NCBI GenBank assembly: GCA_965203325.1 | Contig: OZ241875.1 | Span: 320,001-384,000 of the forward strand | Length of the DNA: 64,000 nt | Direction: 5' to 3' | Source: a bacterium | GTDB lineage: Bacteria > UBA8248 | Shown: positions 10,793 to 19,334 of the stretch, one piece after another | How the letters are laid out: every line of letters begins with the position of its first letter | How positions within the stretch are numbered: position 1 is the first letter of the stretch | Program-made: the position numbers and the translations under genes | Notes under the pieces: model-generated | What the model saw: the letters and a program-made list of their open reading frames with translations, nothing else | The model's database searches: none | Told to the model about the DNA's origin: nothing

Positions 10793-10814
10793 CCCTCGTA
10801 CAGAGAAAACCCGA

Positions 10815-10846
10815 AACGACGGCTCACCCGGGCCGTCGTTTTTTTG
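10815..10846 (+). terminator. rho-independent terminator after csp
   Basis: AAACGACGGC-loop-GCCGTCGTTTTTTT. Confidence 0.8.
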
Positions 10847-10952
10847 TCCGCCGATATGACTCTCCCCCGCTTGCGGGAGGGTTGAGCCTCCATGATATAA
10901 CCCCATCGGCAGGACATCCAGGCGATCGACAACATAGAAAGAAAGGCATTTC

Positions 10953-12056
10953 ATGCGCGACGTCATTATCATCGGTGGCGGCATCATGGGTCTCCTCACG
11001 GCGAGAGAACTCCGCAAAACGGGCAGGAGCGTCACCATCATCGAAAAGGGCAGGCCCGGAGCAGGCGCCACCTGGGCTTCCGCTGGCATCATCTCCGCAC
11101 ACGGGACGAGCGGCTCCGCCGATATCGCCGGCCCCCCGGGTCTCAAGCTCCGGACCGCCTCCTATGAAAAATGGCCCCAACTCGCGGAAGCCATCGCCGA
11201 GGAAAGCGGAACGGACATCGAATACCGCCTCACCGGCGTATTGCTGATCGCCCTGGACGAGGCGGAAGCGGAGTCCATACAGGAAAAGGCCCGTGCGCGC
11301 GAGTGGGGCGAGGCGGAGTGGATGCCGCCCGACGTTTTGCAGGCCGAAGAGCCCTGCCTTTCAGATGAATTGTCGGGAGCGCTCCTGGTCACGGGCGGAA
11401 ACCTCGAAGTCAGAAAACTCGGGCCCGCGCTCGAGCTCGCCTGCAGGCGGGCGGGCGTGGAGATCATCACCGGATGCGCGGCCGAGGAAATCCTGAGCGA
11501 TGGCGATAAAGTCACCGGCGTCCGCACGGATGCGGGCGTCCACGAGGCGCCCGCCGTCTTCATCTGCGCAGGGATAGGAAGCCGCAGCGTGCCGGGCGCC
11601 GTTCCCCGGGCGCCCATCACCCCCCAGCGCGGGCAGATGCTCGCCATGGACGCCAGAGCGCTCGGGCTCAAGCGTGTCGTGCTGACCGTGAACGACCCCT
11701 ACCTCGTGCCCCGCGCCGACGGCCGCGTTCTGCTGGGCGCGACGAGAGAGTTCGCCGGCGAGGACCCGAGGCTCACCGTGGGCGGCATGGCCTGGCTGCT
11801 GAGCGAGGGCATCCGCATCGCGCCCGGAATCGCCGCTTGCGCCATCGAGGAGACCTGGAGCGGCTTCCGGCCCACCTCGTCGGACTATCTGCCCCTCATC
11901 GGCCAAGGCGCCCTCGATGGCCTTTACTTCTGCACCGGGCACGGGCCTTCGGGGGTCGGGCCTGCGCCTGCGAGCGTGAGGCTGGCGACGGCGCTCTATC
12001 TGGGAGACGCCCCGCCGATCGATCCGGCGCCCTATGACCCGATGCGCTTCGCGTAG
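10953..12056 (+). CDS. FAD-dependent oxidoreductase, glycine oxidase (ThiO/DAO-like)
   Basis: 'DVIIIGGGIMG', 'ATWASAGII', 'YLVPRADGRVLLGATRE', 'WSGFRP', 'CTGHG'. Confidence 0.85.
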   Translation: MRDVIIIGGGIMGLLTARELRKTGRSVTIIEKGRPGAGATWASAGIISAHGTSGSADIAGPPGLKLRTASYEKWPQLAEAIAEESGTDIEYRLTGVLLIALDEAEAESIQEKARAREWGEAEWMPPDVLQAEEPCLSDELSGALLVTGGNLEVRKLGPALELACRRAGVEIITGCAAEEILSDGDKVTGVRTDAGVHEAPAVFICAGIGSRSVPGAVPRAPITPQRGQMLAMDARALGLKRVVLTVNDPYLVPRADGRVLLGATREFAGEDPRLTVGGMAWLLSEGIRIAPGIAACAIEETWSGFRPTSSDYLPLIGQGALDGLYFCTGHGPSGVGPAPASVRLATALYLGDAPPIDPAPYDPMRFA

Positions 12057-12553
12057 CAAATGCGGGGAAATGCGGGCTTCGGAAGAAGTTTTTTAATTCG
12101 ATAAATTTCGATAATATATTAATGTATTACATTAACATATCCTGGCATTTTGCTAATTTAACGCAAAATATATCGTTAGTTTGACCCTCAAATAATTTCA
12201 GAAATTTATCGATATTTACCGTATTTTTCAGAAATTCGAAATCCGCGCGCTCGCTCGTACGATACGAGGATTTCACCGCTCCGCCGTGATGGGGGACGTA
12301 CATGTAGCGCGAGGGATTCGACCGCTTCGAGCGCGTCGCCGCGCTCATTCGCAGCGAGGGATTCTCCCGACTCACAGGGGTGAAAGCATCGCCCGAGATT
12401 GTCTTCGCCATCGCTTCTTCCTCAAGAAAACCGTGCGGATTCGACCGCTAGAACCGACCGGCCGCCTCTCCCTCGTGGAGAGAGCGGGCCGCTTTGCCAA
12501 TCTAGCGAAACGCCCGCCGCGCGTCGCAGCGCCAAATGCGGGGAAATGCGGGC
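12057..12553. repeat. AT-rich dispersed element, copy 1, bracketed by perfect 21-bp direct repeats
   Basis: CAAATGCGGGGAAATGCGGGC at 12057-12077 and 12533-12553; 12057-12242 aligns without gaps to 51103-51288. Confidence 0.85.
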
Positions 12554-12650
12554 AAACTCGGCTGATGCGGGGCTTGTTGAAAAAGCCGGTATGCAACCCC
12601 AACGAAGATCGCTCTCCACGGATGAGATTTTCAAATCCACTCCCCCCTTG

Positions 12651-12857
12651 AGGGGGTTGTTGAAAAACCCCTATCCGACCTTCAAGATTGTTCGCCGTAG
12701 GGACAGGCCTCCGTGCCTGTCCGAGGTCTCTTACGGGCATGGACATTCCCGATACGGGCGGGCACGGAGGCCCGCCCCTACGGTTGAAATTTTCATCCGC
12801 GGCGAGCGCGGCCATGATTCGCCATCCCTCTCTCCTCGGACTATTTCAACAACCTCT
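12651..12857. mobile_element. MITE-like element with GTTGTTGAAA ends enclosing a GTAG REP pair
   Basis: Left AGGGGGTTGTTGAAAAA (12651-12667), right TATTTCAACAACCTCT (12842-12857); internal GTAGGGACAGGCCTCCGTGCCTGTCC...GGGCGGGCACGGAGGCCCGCCCCTAC (12697-12781). Confidence 0.6.
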
Positions 12858-12942
12858 ACCATTGGCGTATAGCATTGACCCTGCCGGTATCAATCCGCCC
12901 CAATGACACAGCCAAACTCCCCCGCCCGGTGCAACGCCACCC

Positions 12943-14106
12943 CTACCTCACAGGCGCTATCCTGTAGACCGCTTCGCGTTCTTCCGAGAGAAACCACAGC
13001 GTTCCGTCGGGCGCTTCCTGGACGTCGCGCACGCGGCCCGTCTCGGGAAACGCCAGCCGCTCGACCTCTCTCAAGCCGCCTTTCGGGTCGAGGCGGGAGA
13101 TATAATCGAATTTGAGAGAGCTGACGAAAAAATGCCCGCGCCAGGCCGGCCACAGCTTTCCTGAATAGATATCCATCCCGCAGGGCGCGATGGAAGGGTC
13201 CCAGTAGAAATCGGGCTGCTCCATGCCCTCTTTCGCGGCGCCAACGCCGATCTTCCCGCCCCAGTAGTGCCGCCCGTAGGCGATGACAGGCCACCCGTAG
13301 TTCGCACCCTTCCTCACCCGGTTGATCTCGTCTCCGCCCCGCGCGCCGTGCTCGACGGCCCAGAGCGCGCCCGCCGCATCGAGCGCGGCGCCCTGGGGGT
13401 TCCTGTGGCCCCACGACCATATCTCGGGCCGCGCCCCTGCCCGCCCAACGAATGGATTATCCTCAGGAACGCTCCCGTCGCGCCTTATGCGGACGATCTT
13501 GCCGTGGTGCAGGGAAAGGTCCTGCGACTTGTCGGGGTCTCCCCGCTCGCCCAAGGTGAGAAAGAGCGTCCCGTCCGGCGCCTCCACGACCCTTGAGCCG
13601 AAATGCCGCCAGCCCGAGGCGGGCGCCGCCATCTCGAAGATGACGCGCAGGTTCTCGAGCCTTCGGTTGTCGCGTGAAAGCGCTGCGACGGCGAGCGCGG
13701 TGCCCGCCCCGCCAGGGTAAGGTTTCGAGTAGGTGAGGAAAATCTCGCGTGTCTTGGGAAAATCCCTCGCGGCGGCGACGTCCATCAGTCCGCCCTGGCC
13801 CCACGCATAGACTTGCGGGACGCCCGAAACTTTGATTCTGCGACGCGCGGAGTCAAAATGAAAAAGTGAGCCGCCGCGCTCGGTAACCAGAAACGCCCCG
13901 CCCGGCAGGAACGCAATCCCCCAGGGGGTGTCGAGACCTCCCGCCACCTTTTCGACCGATACCGGCCCGCTCAGTGTCTGGCGCACCACCGCCCATCCGG
14001 GAGTGGCGGTAAGGACAAGGAGCAGCAAAGCGATGAGGCAGGACAAAGCTGCCGGACGCCTACCGGCCCCGGCATCAGTCATCAAATTTCTCCAAACAAT
14101 CTTCAT
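12943..14106 (-). CDS. PQQ-dependent (soluble aldose) sugar dehydrogenase, YliI/GSDH family
   Basis: Signal peptide; 'LDTPWGIAFLP', 'GQGGLMDV', 'RHFGSR', 'EIWSWGHRNPQG', 'EHGARGGDEIN...NYGWP'. Confidence 0.92.
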   Translation of the reverse strand: MKIVWRNLMTDAGAGRRPAALSCLIALLLLVLTATPGWAVVRQTLSGPVSVEKVAGGLDTPWGIAFLPGGAFLVTERGGSLFHFDSARRRIKVSGVPQVYAWGQGGLMDVAAARDFPKTREIFLTYSKPYPGGAGTALAVAALSRDNRRLENLRVIFEMAAPASGWRHFGSRVVEAPDGTLFLTLGERGDPDKSQDLSLHHGKIVRIRRDGSVPEDNPFVGRAGARPEIWSWGHRNPQGAALDAAGALWAVEHGARGGDEINRVRKGANYGWPVIAYGRHYWGGKIGVGAAKEGMEQPDFYWDPSIAPCGMDIYSGKLWPAWRGHFFVSSLKFDYISRLDPKGGLREVERLAFPETGRVRDVQEAPDGTLWFLSEEREAVYRIAPVR

Positions 14107-14163
14107 GATTTCCCTCCCGGCGGCTACGGGCGGATTTTATCGCGAGAGAAAGGATGGGCGCCA

Positions 14164-14680
14164 GTAGGGACAGGCCTCTGTGCCTGTCCAATAAAGGGCG
14201 GCACAGAGGCCCGCCCCTACAGGGTCGTTTCAATCCTTAGGGTTCCCGTTGTGACAGCCCCGTGGAGAGGTACATCCCTGCAAACCATCGCATACCCCGT
14301 AGGGACAGGTCGCGACCTGTCCCCTTTTGAAAATCATGACTTCACCTTAGTTCGTCAATCCGATTGCAGAGGCTGTTGTAGGGGCCGCATACATGCGGCC
14401 CTTTGTCGGAATGGGAAAAATCAGGGTCGCATATATGCGACCCCTACAGAAAAACATGACTCTCGCCTTGGTTCGTCATTCCGGTGTCATTTCCGACCTA
14501 AGAGGGAGGGAATGCGGAATCCAGGCTGACCGAAATGGCAGAAAGGCGAGAATGCGGCGATCCGGTTCGGGTGACGCGATTCTCCCGGCCGCGTGTTCCC
14601 TCATCCGCTCTGGATTCCGGCATTCGCCGGAATGACGGCGGTGGTCAATTCTGACCAAGGAGAACTTTTTAACAACCCCT
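14164..14680. repeat. cluster of REP-type palindromes (three GTAG types plus CGTC type) and a MITE-like end
   Basis: GTAG pair 14164-14220; GTAGGGACAGGTCGCGACCTGTCCC 14299-14323; GTAGGGGCCGCATACATGCGGCCC...GGGTCGCATATATGCGACCCCTAC 14378-14447; CGTCATTCCGG...TGGATTCCGGCATTCGCCGGAATGACG ~14474-14637; TTTTTAACAACCCCT 14666-14680. Confidence 0.85.
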
Positions 14681-14781
14681 CTTCGGTCGGGTTTGACCCA
14701 CCGGTGCGGATTGCGGGGGCGTATCGATCAATTACAATGCGGGGAACTGGAACGCCGGACTATCTGCGAGGATCAGGATAC

Positions 14782-15516
14782 ATGCCCGAAAACCGAACCG
14801 ATCGAGCGCATCCAGAAGGCGACGCACGCCGGAGCCGACTGGGGATGCCGGCGGGACTGCTCGCCGCGCTGGTCATCGCTGTCCTGGCATTCGCCGGGGT
14901 CGGCGTGCGCTACTGCGCTCGCGGGGATTTCGACGTCATTCATGCCGTTTTGAGCCTGTTCTTTTCGATCAACCTGCTGATCTGCTATTTCGAGGCGTGC
15001 CTGTTCTTAAGACGCGACTATATCGAGGCGCGCACCGAGTATTGGCGCGAGCGTCGGGACGAGACGGGCGGAACACCGGCCGTCCAATTCCTCCTCACAA
15101 AGGTTCCGCTCACGAAGACACTGTCGCCGACGGTGTGGGCGGATATCTGGGCGACGTACGCACAGTTCGACAGCTCCTACGCGGACCGGCGCACTTACGG
15201 TTTCAACGTGGATATCGCGAACGGCTTTGCGACGCCGGTCCCGACACTCCTCCTCTACGCCGCCTATACGTTCGATATACTGCCCGCCCTCGTCGCGGGC
15301 ATTATCGGGGTGATGCTGTTCTGGCAATTGACGTACATGACCTCGGTCTACCTGGTCAGCTTCTTCGTAGCCAACCGGCAAGCCCGGATCAGCCGGGGCG
15401 AACTGTATATCTACATCCTTGCGATGAATGCCCCCTGGATACTATGCCCGCTGCTGGGGCTGTACGTCTCGGTCCGCCTGATCCTGGACGGGGACTACAG
15501 CGTTTTGGGTTATTGA
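14782..15516 (+). CDS. integral membrane protein, EXPERA/EBP (sterol isomerase)-like
   Basis: 5-6 TM; 'WATYAQFDSSY' and 'AMNAPWILCP' resemble the EBP W-x-x-Y-x-x-x-D-x-x-Y and N-x-x-W-x-x-x-P motifs. Confidence 0.55.
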   Translation: MPENRTDRAHPEGDARRSRLGMPAGLLAALVIAVLAFAGVGVRYCARGDFDVIHAVLSLFFSINLLICYFEACLFLRRDYIEARTEYWRERRDETGGTPAVQFLLTKVPLTKTLSPTVWADIWATYAQFDSSYADRRTYGFNVDIANGFATPVPTLLLYAAYTFDILPALVAGIIGVMLFWQLTYMTSVYLVSFFVANRQARISRGELYIYILAMNAPWILCPLLGLYVSVRLILDGDYSVLGY

Positions 15517-15716
15517 GGGTGGGTTTTCGGGGACGACGGCTTTCGAGCCGACCAAACTCGTCTTGACCTATGTTGTTGTCGCACGCGCGATTTTCTGATT
15601 TGGGCATTGCGCATCTTTTTGGTCAATAGAATTTTCTGATCTCCCTCACTGCGGCGTGTCAGGGCTTCAACGTAGAAATTATTACCGTTTAGCCCTCATG
15701 TTAACAAATTCTTCTC

Positions 15717-16328
15717 CTAGGGAGGAAACCAATTGTTTAGTATGCCTTTCAATTCCAGAAAAGCCGTGTCTTGGCATCGACGTAAGGAAACGCTTTCTGC
15801 CATCTGAAGATATAGAGATGCGCTGCGAGGTTTTTGCGCTTCCCGTAAAGCCGCTTCAAAAGCCTCTTTAGGCCGTATGGGTTTTACTTCTCCTTCTCGT
15901 AAATAGTTTTGCTCGACCAACCAACGACGAAGGTTTGGCTGCCGACCTCGCCATCCCGCCACTTCGTCGACGTGCGGAGAATCGCCCCAAATCCAAACCT
16001 CCAGTTCAGGAGCAAGCACGATGGCCTTGGCCCGTTCTCTCCATGCGGAACTGGCGAAACTCGCATTCAAGTTTTCTTGTAAGACCAGGCGAGAAGTCGC
16101 CTCCTGCCCACTTCCCTCATGATCGAACATGAGCAAAGCGTAGCGGTATTGGTTGGCAAAATTGGAAATGAATTCAACACCGTGTACTGCACAACCTGGA
16201 TCGTGTTGCGGATGGGTATAGATATCTTTTTCGAGCGCTCGAATGCCTAGCGCCTGAGGCCTGGAAAGCAATCCCTTCAACGTATGTTCCAAGTCTTTAT
16301 CGGCAACGACAATAACAAGGTCTTTCAA
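15717..16328 (-). CDS. ATPase-partner protein, TOPRIM/DUF4276-like (resembles MADS MAD4)
   Basis: TTG start overlaps the ATPase stop (TTGA); 'KDLVIVVADKD', 'HPQHDPGC', 'LLMFDHEGSG', 'PELEVWIW'. Confidence 0.6.
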   Translation of the reverse strand: MKDLVIVVADKDLEHTLKGLLSRPQALGIRALEKDIYTHPQHDPGCAVHGVEFISNFANQYRYALLMFDHEGSGQEATSRLVLQENLNASFASSAWRERAKAIVLAPELEVWIWGDSPHVDEVAGWRGRQPNLRRWLVEQNYLREGEVKPIRPKEAFEAALREAQKPRSASLYLQMAESVSLRRCQDTAFLELKGILNNWFPP

Positions 16329-17587
16329 CCCAAAACCCCTGAGGCGAGTAACGTCCCAAGATCGGCTTCTCCGTGCCACTGCAGTAGTTTGGGATGTTTA
16401 GAACCAAGAACAATATCTGTTGCTCCTGAATCATCCTTGGCGAAACATAGCACATCGTCAATTTTAGCTTCACTTAAGACCACCGGTGAATGAGTCGCTA
16501 GTAAAACTTGGGCTGCATAAACCGAGGAGAGAGAATCATAAACGGTTGCCACGGCGCGTGGGTGGATGCCGTTCTCCGGTTCTTCGATCAGATAGATCCC
16601 TTTTAGTTCGTCGAGATAAGCAGGCAAGGTTAGCGCAGTAAGCCGGAGCGTGCCATCGGACACCATCCAGGAAGGCACTTTCAAACCACCCTTATATTCA
16701 TAGACCATATAGCAATGTTTATCCTCCGGGCGCTCAATTGTCGTAATATCTACGAGATCGTCGAGCGCCGTCCGAAGGTGCGCAATCCAGTCACCATGCC
16801 TTTGCTCGTCTTCTTGCCGCAGACGGGCGACTACCCAAGGCAAATTCGATCCATTGGGTAAAAAACCAGTTACTCGGGTAGGTGGGCTAGGTTGTCTGAT
16901 CGCGAGGCTGTTTAGAACAAACTGTTGTACACCAGTGCTCAAATATTCTCGAAACCACGAAGCTACCGGAAGTGACTTTTCATCCGCAGGAAGGTTGCCG
17001 AGGGCCGATTTTTGCGGCCCTAGCTTAAACGAGGGGGCCCAGCCCTTTCCCCCTTGGGGGTAGGTCTCGCTGTAAAAATTATCATTCCCGCCCGGTACTT
17101 TATTGACCACGGTCTTGTAGTTAGGTCCACCTTTAGTCGTCAACAGCGACGCCGGCGCGTTGAGAGGCATGGGGAACAGCGTATGCTGAGGCGGTTCTAC
17201 GGCATGGTTTTTTTTGAGCAAGAACTTCTCTGCCTTGAATTCGAACTGGCGCTGTGTTTCGTCGAAACCGATAGCCACCTCGTACCGCGCCGTGCCCATC
17301 TCCGGTTTCGCCGTCTGTCCACGCAAGTCATCGGGGATGCGGACCTCTATGGCCAGTTCCAGTTTCTCGCCCTGACGCAGAAAGAGGAGTTCTTCCGGGT
17401 TTGTGGTTCGGCTCGACAACGCCTCATCCAATCCCTTGGCTACCAGATCACGAAGAAATCCGACGACGTCGAGAAAGGTCGTCTTGCCGCTGGCGTTCGG
17501 TCCGACCAGAACGTGAAACGGCTCAAGAGGTCTCGACACGTACCGCAAGCATCGATAATTCAAGGCTTCAATCAGTGTAATCATCAA
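16325..17587 (-). CDS. AAA_21/OLD-type ABC ATPase (resembles MADS MAD3)
   Basis: Walker A 'GPNASGKTT', signature 'SDGTLR', Walker B/D-loop 'LIEEPENGIHP', H-loop 'ATHSP'. Confidence 0.88.
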   Translation of the reverse strand: MMITLIEALNYRCLRYVSRPLEPFHVLVGPNASGKTTFLDVVGFLRDLVAKGLDEALSSRTTNPEELLFLRQGEKLELAIEVRIPDDLRGQTAKPEMGTARYEVAIGFDETQRQFEFKAEKFLLKKNHAVEPPQHTLFPMPLNAPASLLTTKGGPNYKTVVNKVPGGNDNFYSETYPQGGKGWAPSFKLGPQKSALGNLPADEKSLPVASWFREYLSTGVQQFVLNSLAIRQPSPPTRVTGFLPNGSNLPWVVARLRQEDEQRHGDWIAHLRTALDDLVDITTIERPEDKHCYMVYEYKGGLKVPSWMVSDGTLRLTALTLPAYLDELKGIYLIEEPENGIHPRAVATVYDSLSSVYAAQVLLATHSPVVLSEAKIDDVLCFAKDDSGATDIVLGSKHPKLLQWHGEADLGTLLASGVLG

Positions 17588-17641
17588 ATTGTTCCGTCTT
17601 AGATTTCTTGGGTGTGGCGTTTAGCATGGTCCGATTCTCGC

Positions 17642-17669
17642 GTAGGGACAGGTCGCGACCTGTCCCTAC
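17642..17669. repeat. GTAG REP, perfect 28-bp palindrome
   Basis: GTAGGGACAGGTCGCGACCTGTCCCTAC; same core at 14299, 19143 and 25101. Confidence 0.9.
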
Positions 17670-17691
17670 CACTTACTTGTTCCCGCGATCC

Positions 17692-18000
17692 CTACGCCGT
17701 GGCCTCTTCCCTCAGCGGCTTCGTGTACGCGATGGCCGCCACGTCGAAGTATTCGAGGCTCGCGTTGTTCGCCCGGCGGAAGCTGCGCTGCTTTTCGGAG
17801 TTGAACCAGGCGTCGGCGGTGGCCTTGTCCTCGAAGTGGTAGACCGACGCCATGCGGCCCGTCTCCTCGTTCATGCCCCAGGTCTTGTCGATGAGGCCGG
17901 GCACCTCGTTCTCGAAAAAGGCGGCGGCCTGCTCCTTGTCCGCGCGGACCTCGGCGAGCGTGGGCGCGACGGCGGGATAGTGTAGAATGACCATCATCAT
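17692..18000 (-). CDS. YdhR-like monooxygenase (dimeric alpha-beta barrel)
   Basis: 'PGLIDKTWGMNEETGRMASVYHFEDKATADAW'. Confidence 0.65.
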   Translation of the reverse strand: MMMVILHYPAVAPTLAEVRADKEQAAAFFENEVPGLIDKTWGMNEETGRMASVYHFEDKATADAWFNSEKQRSFRRANNASLEYFDVAAIAYTKPLREEATA

Positions 18001-18173
18001 GGTGGCGTCCTCCTCAGGATGTCCGAAAACCGATTGGAGTTATCGTCTTGCGTTTATTTTGCGTGAAATGATAGCCCAGAGGGGCGAATCCGCCAAACGC
18101 AGGCGAAGCCGGCGCGCGGGAGCCGGAAATCTCAAGAAACGGGGAAACCTCAAGCGAAAAGGAGCATGAAGCA

Positions 18174-19121
18174 ATGAGCGAGGCAGCGTATCGGGAGATG
18201 TACGAGAGGGCGCGGGTGAACCTGGAAAAATCGGGCGGGGGAAACCCCTACGACATCCTGGGGCCGGATCTCCCCGGCACGCAGACGGCGCTCGCGGGAT
18301 TCACGCGCTTCGGCCTCAAAATGCGCCTCATGCTCACCGATTCCGCCGACACCGGGTTCGATTTTCTCGGCAAGAAGCTCAAAAGCCCCATCATGACGGG
18401 TTCGATGAGCGCGAACACGCTGGCGGCCCACTGGGCGGACGGGTTTCTGCAGGTCGCCAGGGGCGCTGAACGCTTCGGGACGCAGTACTGGATAGGCGAC
18501 TGCTCGGATGACGCATGGCGCGAAGCGGCCGCCGCACATCCTTCCGCGATCCGCATCGTGAAACCCTGGCGCGACAGGCAGCGCACGCTCACCTCACTCA
18601 AACTCGCCGAAGACACCGGCGCCTTCGCCGTGGGTATGGATTTCGAATCCGGCTTTTACAACCCCGAATGCGAACCCCAGAGAGCGGACGCGCTCGAGGG
18701 CTACGTGAAGGCGACAGGACTTCCCTTCGTCTTCAAGGCGGTGGGCTCGGCCGATACGGCGCGCATCGCGCGCGACGCAGGGGCTGCTTCCATCATCGTC
18801 ACCACGCACGGAGGGGCGCACGGGCCCTCCTGGGCGCATCCCATGGAAATCCTGCCCGAAGTCGTAGACGCCGTGGGGGACGACGTGCTGATCCTGGCCG
18901 AAAGCGGCGTCCGTAGAGGCGACGACGTTTTGAAACTCCTGGCCCGTGGCGCGAAAGGGGTCACTTCGGGGCGGGCGCTCGTGCTCGGCCTGTTCGCGAA
19001 CGGCCCCGCCGGCGTGGCCGAGATGCTCGAACTCATGCAGGCGGAACTCGAAAAATCCATGGTGCTGGCGGGCTGCAAGGACCTGGCCTCGATTTCGGGG
19101 GACATCCTGATTGAGAGGTGA
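18174..19121 (+). CDS. FMN-dependent alpha-hydroxy-acid oxidase-like protein (divergent)
   Basis: 'LGKKLKSPIM', 'LPFVFKAV', 'IVTTHGG', 'ESGVRRGDDVLKLLARGA', 'MVLAGC'. Confidence 0.8.
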   Translation: MSEAAYREMYERARVNLEKSGGGNPYDILGPDLPGTQTALAGFTRFGLKMRLMLTDSADTGFDFLGKKLKSPIMTGSMSANTLAAHWADGFLQVARGAERFGTQYWIGDCSDDAWREAAAAHPSAIRIVKPWRDRQRTLTSLKLAEDTGAFAVGMDFESGFYNPECEPQRADALEGYVKATGLPFVFKAVGSADTARIARDAGAASIIVTTHGGAHGPSWAHPMEILPEVVDAVGDDVLILAESGVRRGDDVLKLLARGAKGVTSGRALVLGLFANGPAGVAEMLELMQAELEKSMVLAGCKDLASISGDILIER

Positions 19122-19142
19122 AGCAAGAAAGATTCGGAACCC

Positions 19143-19302
19143 GTAGGGACAGGTCGCGACCTGTCCTCACCAACGCCACGACGACAATATCGAAGCGACA
19201 ATCGTTATTTTGTAGGGGTCGCATATATGCGACCCTGTTTTTGCCTTCCAACGACGGGCCGCATATATGCGGCCCCTACACACGGGGGTTGTTGAAAAAC
19301 CC
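19143..19302. repeat. REP + REP pair + MITE-like end
   Basis: GTAGGGACAGGTCGCGACCTGTCC 19143-19166; GTAGGGGTCGCATATATGCGACCC...GGGCCGCATATATGCGGCCCCTAC 19212-19279; GGGGGTTGTTGAAAAACCC 19284-19302. Confidence 0.85.
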
Positions 19303-19334
19303 TTTGTCAAAAAACCAACCCCCCCTACAAACAT

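Noticed and set aside
12127..12411. Minus-strand ORFs in both AT-rich elements share 'NIDKFLKxFxGQTN' (also 51173-51442)
   Set aside because: Most differences are non-synonymous and the N-terminal parts are unrelated; the similarity follows from the conserved DNA boxes. Not fully excluded without more copies.
14164..14680. CRISPR array or integron attC array
   Set aside because: Repeats are heterogeneous palindromes without regular repeat-spacer periodicity; no cas or intI gene in the window.
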